DNA from: an uncultured virus (IMG/VR IMGVR_UViG_3300042691_034458)
Lineage: Duplodnaviria; Heunggongvirae; Uroviricota; Caudoviricetes
IMG/VR virus record: IMGVR_UViG_3300042691_034458
Coordinates: 53,468-73,467 of that record
Length of the DNA: 20,000 nucleotides
Strand: one strand, 5' to 3'
The notes under the pieces were generated by a model. The model was not told the DNA's origin. It searched no databases and saw only the letters and a list, made by a program, of their open reading frames with translations. The position numbers were made by a program, and so were the translations under genes. Each line of letters opens with the position of its first letter. Positions within the stretch are counted from its first letter, which is position 1. Below, piece by piece: positions 16,183 to 20,000 of this stretch.

Positions 16183-17712
16183 TTAATCTAAAATAAATAA
16201 TAAGTCCTTATCTTTAAAGATACAAACGCCCTCATCAATTATTGTGTTAGCGTTTGAAAATACATATGTTTTTTTGTTTTTTTCAAAAATTAACCAATCG
16301 GTTTTGTATTTTTTTATTGAAGATGACGGTACTATTTTAATGGTATTATTTTCGGTTACAATTTCTTTAGCTGGTTTTATTTGCGCATTTGCCACCAATC
16401 CATTAAGCTTAACTTGCACATCAATTCCTCCGCGCATATCATCACTATTACCGTAACCAGAAATTTTTGCAACATTGTTTTCACCAAATCGTTTAATTAA
16501 AGCATCCACCACTAAATTTTCAATCGAATCCCCCTTTTTTGTTGTCTCTGAAAGAGCGGTAATTAATTTTTTAAATGTTTTGGACTCCTTACTAAAAATT
16601 CTATACTTAAATAAATCAATATGTTCCATTAAAGTGGAAATCTGTTTTTTTAATTCTTCCTTATTTTGAGAATTATTAAGGAAATCAATAGAATCTTTAC
16701 CATTGATTTCTAAGACTTTATTAATGTCTTCAGTCAAAATCTTTAATCCTAAAATGTTTGTGTTTAATTTATTAAGGACAGACCATCCCTTTTTCTCAAC
16801 ATCATAAACACCGTGTATATCATTTATTATTCTAAAATTTTCATTAAAAACTTCAGAGAGAACATTACCAATGAAAACTTTATAACCTTCAAATAATTCC
16901 TTATTTTTTTTATAAACTTCTAAGTAACTTCCGAAGTTTTCTCTACCATAAGATTCTTCTAATATTTCAGAACTATTATTCATACTCTCTTTAATATTTT
17001 CATTTTGTTGATTTTCTAGTCGTTCATTAATATATTCCCAATTAACGACTCTCCAGAAATTTTCAATATACTTATCTTTCTGGTTTCTATAAGTAAGATA
17101 GTAAGCATGTTCCCATAAATCAAGTCCTAATAGGGGAAAACCGCCATTATCAACAATACCCATCAACGGGTTGTCTTGATTAGGTGTGTTCATTATTTTT
17201 AATGTACCTCTTTTTGTTAAAACCAACCAAACCCATCCGGAACCAAAACGTTCTTTTGCGGAAGCTTCAAATTTTTTTCTAAATTCTTTTATTCCACCAA
17301 AATTTTTTTGAATTATTTTAAGAATTGGACCGCTAGCTTCTTGTTGTTTTGGAGATAACATCTTCCAAAAAATTGCATGATTATATGCTCCACCGGCATT
17401 ATTTCTAATATCGGTGTTATATTGACTAATTGTTTTGACAATATGTTCTAAATCATCCTCTTTTTTTCCGCTTTTTGTTAAAGCATCATTTAATTTATTA
17501 ACATAACCAATATAATGTTTGTTATAATGGTAACTCATAGTTTCCGGGTCAATAAATTTTTTTAGCGAGTCAAACTTATACGGTAACTTTTCAATTGGAA
17601 TTTTACCTTTTACGTTTTTAACCTTTTTTTCTTCTCGAAGGTAACCCTTTTTCATTTCTACTCTGTAGATTTCTTCCTCCAATCTGTCAATTCTATTAAT
17701 TAAATTTTTCAT
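16183..17712 (-). CDS. sodA: Fe/Mn superoxide dismutase (Mn-type signature) fused to a ~275-aa C-terminal region with a possible PD-(D/E)XK-like domain
   Basis: SOD domain (~17598-17017): LPY, HYNKH, NNAGGAYNHAIFW, FGSGWVWL, NQDNP and DLWEHAYY, with all four metal ligands present. GG and QD are Mn-type hallmarks. Likely start is the ATG at 17712. Confidence 0.9.
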   Translation of the reverse strand: MKNLINRIDRLEEEIYRVEMKKGYLREEKKVKNVKGKIPIEKLPYKFDSLKKFIDPETMSYHYNKHYIGYVNKLNDALTKSGKKEDDLEHIVKTISQYNTDIRNNAGGAYNHAIFWKMLSPKQQEASGPILKIIQKNFGGIKEFRKKFEASAKERFGSGWVWLVLTKRGTLKIMNTPNQDNPLMGIVDNGGFPLLGLDLWEHAYYLTYRNQKDKYIENFWRVVNWEYINERLENQQNENIKESMNNSSEILEESYGRENFGSYLEVYKKNKELFEGYKVFIGNVLSEVFNENFRIINDIHGVYDVEKKGWSVLNKLNTNILGLKILTEDINKVLEINGKDSIDFLNNSQNKEELKKQISTLMEHIDLFKYRIFSKESKTFKKLITALSETTKKGDSIENLVVDALIKRFGENNVAKISGYGNSDDMRGGIDVQVKLNGLVANAQIKPAKEIVTENNTIKIVPSSSIKKYKTDWLIFEKNKKTYVFSNANTIIDEGVCIFKDKDLLFILD

Positions 17713-17719
17713 GACCAAA

Positions 17720-17757
17720 ATAATTGTTACCTTTATTATGTGAAAGTCAACAATTAT
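17720..17757 (-). other. Imperfect hairpin between the helicase and SOD genes
   Basis: ATAATTGTT (17720-17728) pairs with AACAATTAT (17749-17757), extended by inner CTTT/AAAG pairing. Followed by a short T run on the minus strand. Confidence 0.4.
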
Positions 17758-17762
17758 AAATA
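17756..17762 (-). promoter_or_regulatory. TATTTAT motif, putative late promoter
   Basis: ATAAATA on the + strand, about 43 nt upstream of the SOD ATG. Confidence 0.4.
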
Positions 17763-17768
17763 GTTTGA

Positions 17769-19544
17769 TTATCTAGAATTATTAATGAAAGAAAGAATTT
17801 CTTCAACTGAATCAACTTCATTCATTCCATCTCCCATAACAGTTCTCACTATTTGCTTTTTTCTATTTAGAATATCATAAATTTTACCTTCAATTGTATT
17901 TTCAAAAATTGGATAGTATACCAAAACTTTATTTTTCTGACCAAATCTATACGCCCTATCTTCTGCTTGAGCATGATCTGCTGGGACAAAGGATAAATCG
18001 TTCATTACAACAACTTCCGCTGATGTTAACGTTAGTCCCACACCAGCAGCAATAATCTGTCCAACAAAAATCATTGTTTTTTCATCGTTTTGAAACTTAT
18101 CAACAGACTCTTGTTTTTGTTTCGAATTCATACTACCATCTAACTTAACCGCTTTATCACCAAAATGCTCATAAATTTTATTTAATGGTTCAATAAAGTT
18201 GGTAAATATTATTATTTTTTTTCCTTGTTCAAGGATATCTTCACAAAAATCAATTGTTGACTGTATTTTTTCCAATGAAATTAATTTTCTAACTTTCATT
18301 AATTTTGTAAACTGTACGGTCAAAGACGATGATTCTTCTTTTTTATTATCATACCAATCATAATATTCACCCATAAAATTTTCATATTCTTTAGATTTTA
18401 ATCTAAGATAGATTGGTGTAATAATTTTTTCAGGTAAATCTAAAATATCTTCTTTATGTCTACGTAAAATGTATTTTGAAGTCCTTTCTCTTAATTCATC
18501 TAAATTACTAGCGCCACTAACATTCCATATTTTTCTTTTTCCGGCTTTAAATTGGAATCCATTACAGTATCGTTTAACATATGCCATCCAATTATTTGCA
18601 ACAGGACAATCTATCAATTTTAATAAATTAAAATAATTAATCGGTCTAGACGTAATTGGGGTACCGGAAAGCAACCAAATTTTTTTTATTTTACCTGAAA
18701 TAGCTAAAATAATTTTAGTTCGTATTGTTTGTGAATTTGCAATTTTATGCGCTTCATCAATAATACATAAATCAAAATTTGAAATTATTAATTCGGAATT
18801 TTCAGGATTATCCGAATCATAGAAATTCTTTAGAATATCATAATTTATTATTGTATACGTGACATCATCTTCAATCCAAATTTTACCATCAATTATTGCC
18901 ACTTTATCATTAGTATATAATTCAATCTCTCGTTTCCAATTTATTTTTAATGATGCTGGACAAATTATTAAAATTTTTTTTGCTTTAGACTCTAATGAAG
19001 CAATTATTGCTGATGTCGTTTTTCCAACACCCATCGAATCTGCTAAAATAAATTTATCATTCTTTAATAACGTCTCAATTGCAATTTTTTGGTGCTCTAA
19101 CGGTGGACGATGTGCATATTTTTCATAATCAACTTCAACCTTTACGTTACTTGTTTTTAAAATCGCTACTTTAGGTAACCAAATATCTGTAAGCTCTTCA
19201 TTTTCAAAAAATTTACCCCAAATATGATAAGATGTATCTTTTTCAACCAAAAGTTTTTCAACATATATTTTTTCAGGAATTTGAATATACGCTTTATCAT
19301 TTGCAAATTTTTTTGCAAAATATATATCCAAATCAACCCATTTTTTTGCAACTTTTGGAACAATAGTTTCATAAGTAATAATATAATCTGCTTGAGTTCT
19401 GGTTGGATAAAATTTTTTATTTTTAAGGTATTTTTCCTTTAATTTTAAAATAAAATTATTCACCCCACGATATTCATCAAGGATTTTTAACGCTTTTTGT
19501 TCTGGTATGTTGTTTATATCAATCAAACAAGTAATAATAATCAA
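17769..19544 (-). CDS. SNF2-family (SMARCAL1/HARP-like) helicase/ATPase
   Basis: LADSMGVGKT (Walker A), ICPASLKINW, IIDEAH, LSGTP, GVGLTLT and QAEDRAYRFGQ. Start codon uncertain (TTG candidates only). Confidence 0.92.
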   Translation of the reverse strand: MIIITCLIDINNIPEQKALKILDEYRGVNNFILKLKEKYLKNKKFYPTRTQADYIITYETIVPKVAKKWVDLDIYFAKKFANDKAYIQIPEKIYVEKLLVEKDTSYHIWGKFFENEELTDIWLPKVAILKTSNVKVEVDYEKYAHRPPLEHQKIAIETLLKNDKFILADSMGVGKTTSAIIASLESKAKKILIICPASLKINWKREIELYTNDKVAIIDGKIWIEDDVTYTIINYDILKNFYDSDNPENSELIISNFDLCIIDEAHKIANSQTIRTKIILAISGKIKKIWLLSGTPITSRPINYFNLLKLIDCPVANNWMAYVKRYCNGFQFKAGKRKIWNVSGASNLDELRERTSKYILRRHKEDILDLPEKIITPIYLRLKSKEYENFMGEYYDWYDNKKEESSSLTVQFTKLMKVRKLISLEKIQSTIDFCEDILEQGKKIIIFTNFIEPLNKIYEHFGDKAVKLDGSMNSKQKQESVDKFQNDEKTMIFVGQIIAAGVGLTLTSAEVVVMNDLSFVPADHAQAEDRAYRFGQKNKVLVYYPIFENTIEGKIYDILNRKKQIVRTVMGDGMNEVDSVEEILSFINNSR

Positions 19545-19582
19545 TTAAAAATAATTAATCAATATTTTTTAAATCAATAGAA

Positions 19583-19589
19583 TATTTAT
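19583..19589 (+). promoter_or_regulatory. TATTTAT motif, putative late promoter
   Basis: 4 nt before the ATG at 19594, a shorter spacing than the other copies. Confidence 0.35.
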
Positions 19590-19593
19590 AATT

Positions 19594-20000
19594 ATGAAAA
19601 AGATAAAATTAACAGAATCAGATTTATATAGGATAATTAAACAAGTTCTTTTTGAACAGGAGGAAGAAAAGAGAAGTTTTACATTTTCTCCGGGAGCATT
19701 TGCATCTTTTATAACATCATCATCAGGTGAAAGATTTGTTAAACATCTTAATAACAAATATGATGAGATTGTTGTTAATGGGGGTTTGGATTTACAAGGA
19801 ACACCAATTCAATCCTTACCGGATAATCTTAAAGTTGGGGGATGGTTGGATTTACGAGGAACACCAATTCAATCCTTACCGGATAATCTTCATGTTGGGG
19901 GAAATTTGGAGTTAGATGAAACACAAATTCAATCCTTACCGGATAATCTTTATGTTGGGGGAAATTTGGAGTTAGATGGAATACCAATTCAATACTTAGG
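19594..20000 (+). CDS. Leucine-rich-repeat-like protein (runs off the window end; absent from the ORF track)
   Basis: Frame 1 open from ATG 19594: MKKIKLTESDLYRIIKQVLFEQ...VNGGLDLQG TPIQSLPDNLKVGGWLDLRG TPIQSLPDNLHVGGNLELDE TQIQSLPDNLYVGGNLELDG IPIQYL. Confidence 0.85.
   Translation, partial: MKKIKLTESDLYRIIKQVLFEQEEEKRSFTFSPGAFASFITSSSGERFVKHLNNKYDEIVVNGGLDLQGTPIQSLPDNLKVGGWLDLRGTPIQSLPDNLHVGGNLELDETQIQSLPDNLYVGGNLELDGIPIQYL
19774..20000 (+). repeat. 60-bp coding tandem repeat (at least 3.7 copies)
   Basis: AATTCAATCCTTACCGGATAATCTT recurs at 19806, 19866 and 19926, with a partial copy at 19986. Confidence 0.95.

Noticed and set aside
2019..19442. Other short ORFs (60-97 aa) nested in or antisense to long genes
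   Set aside because: No recognisable motifs and fully overlapped by well-supported CDSs.
11814..19544. Inteins or introns in the polymerase or helicase
   Set aside because: Motif spacing is normal, and no intein termini or homing endonuclease motifs were seen.
19548..19577. TTGATT-N18-TATTTT promoter for the helicase (minus strand)
   Set aside because: The region is extremely AT-rich with several alternative matches, so it cannot be told from chance.
19569..19915. ORF-track entries 19569-19757(-) and 19727-19915(+)
   Set aside because: They overlap the better-supported frame starting at 19594.
19774..20000. 60-bp repeats as a CRISPR array
   Set aside because: No unique spacers, the period is a multiple of 3 inside an open frame, and there are no cas genes.
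1..20000. Stop-codon reassignment (no gene here ends in TAG)
   Set aside because: All genes read through intact under code 11 with no in-frame TAG, and TAG is rare in AT-rich genomes anyway.
1..20000. Eukaryotic giant virus origin (PolB, SNF2, GT60, collagen-like repeat)
   Set aside because: The gp13-like neck protein, overlapping operon-style genes and sigma70-like promoter favour a bacteriophage.

Overview
AT-rich, gene-dense fragment that most likely comes from a large, T4-like (probably jumbo) tailed dsDNA phage. The evidence is a gp13-like neck protein, a family B DNA polymerase, tail/baseplate-like proteins and no Shine-Dalgarno motifs. Left part (233-6913): three overlapping genes encode about seven sugar-modifying domains: GT4 + GT-A + FkbM methyltransferase; SAM methyltransferase + GT-like domain + Aah/TibC-type (BAHT) protein O-heptosyltransferase; and a Gnt1/GT60-type protein O-GlcNAc transferase. 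Directly downstream are putative virion genes, including a fibre-like protein with 93 uninterrupted proline-free Gly-X-Y triplets made almost only of Ser/Thr. The main hypothesis (inference) is a phage-encoded virion protein O-glycosylation/glycan-methylation system sitting next to its own substrate. The rest holds a higher-GC tail module, DNA polymerase B, and on the minus strand a neck protein, a Mn-type superoxide dismutase fused to a possible PD-(D/E)XK-like domain and an SNF2 helicase. An LRR-like 60-bp repeat gene runs off the right end. Also seen: a recurring TATTTAT motif before putative late genes, apparent avoidance of CCWGG and GATC, and three intergenic hairpins. All assignments come from motif recognition by eye; no searches were run.
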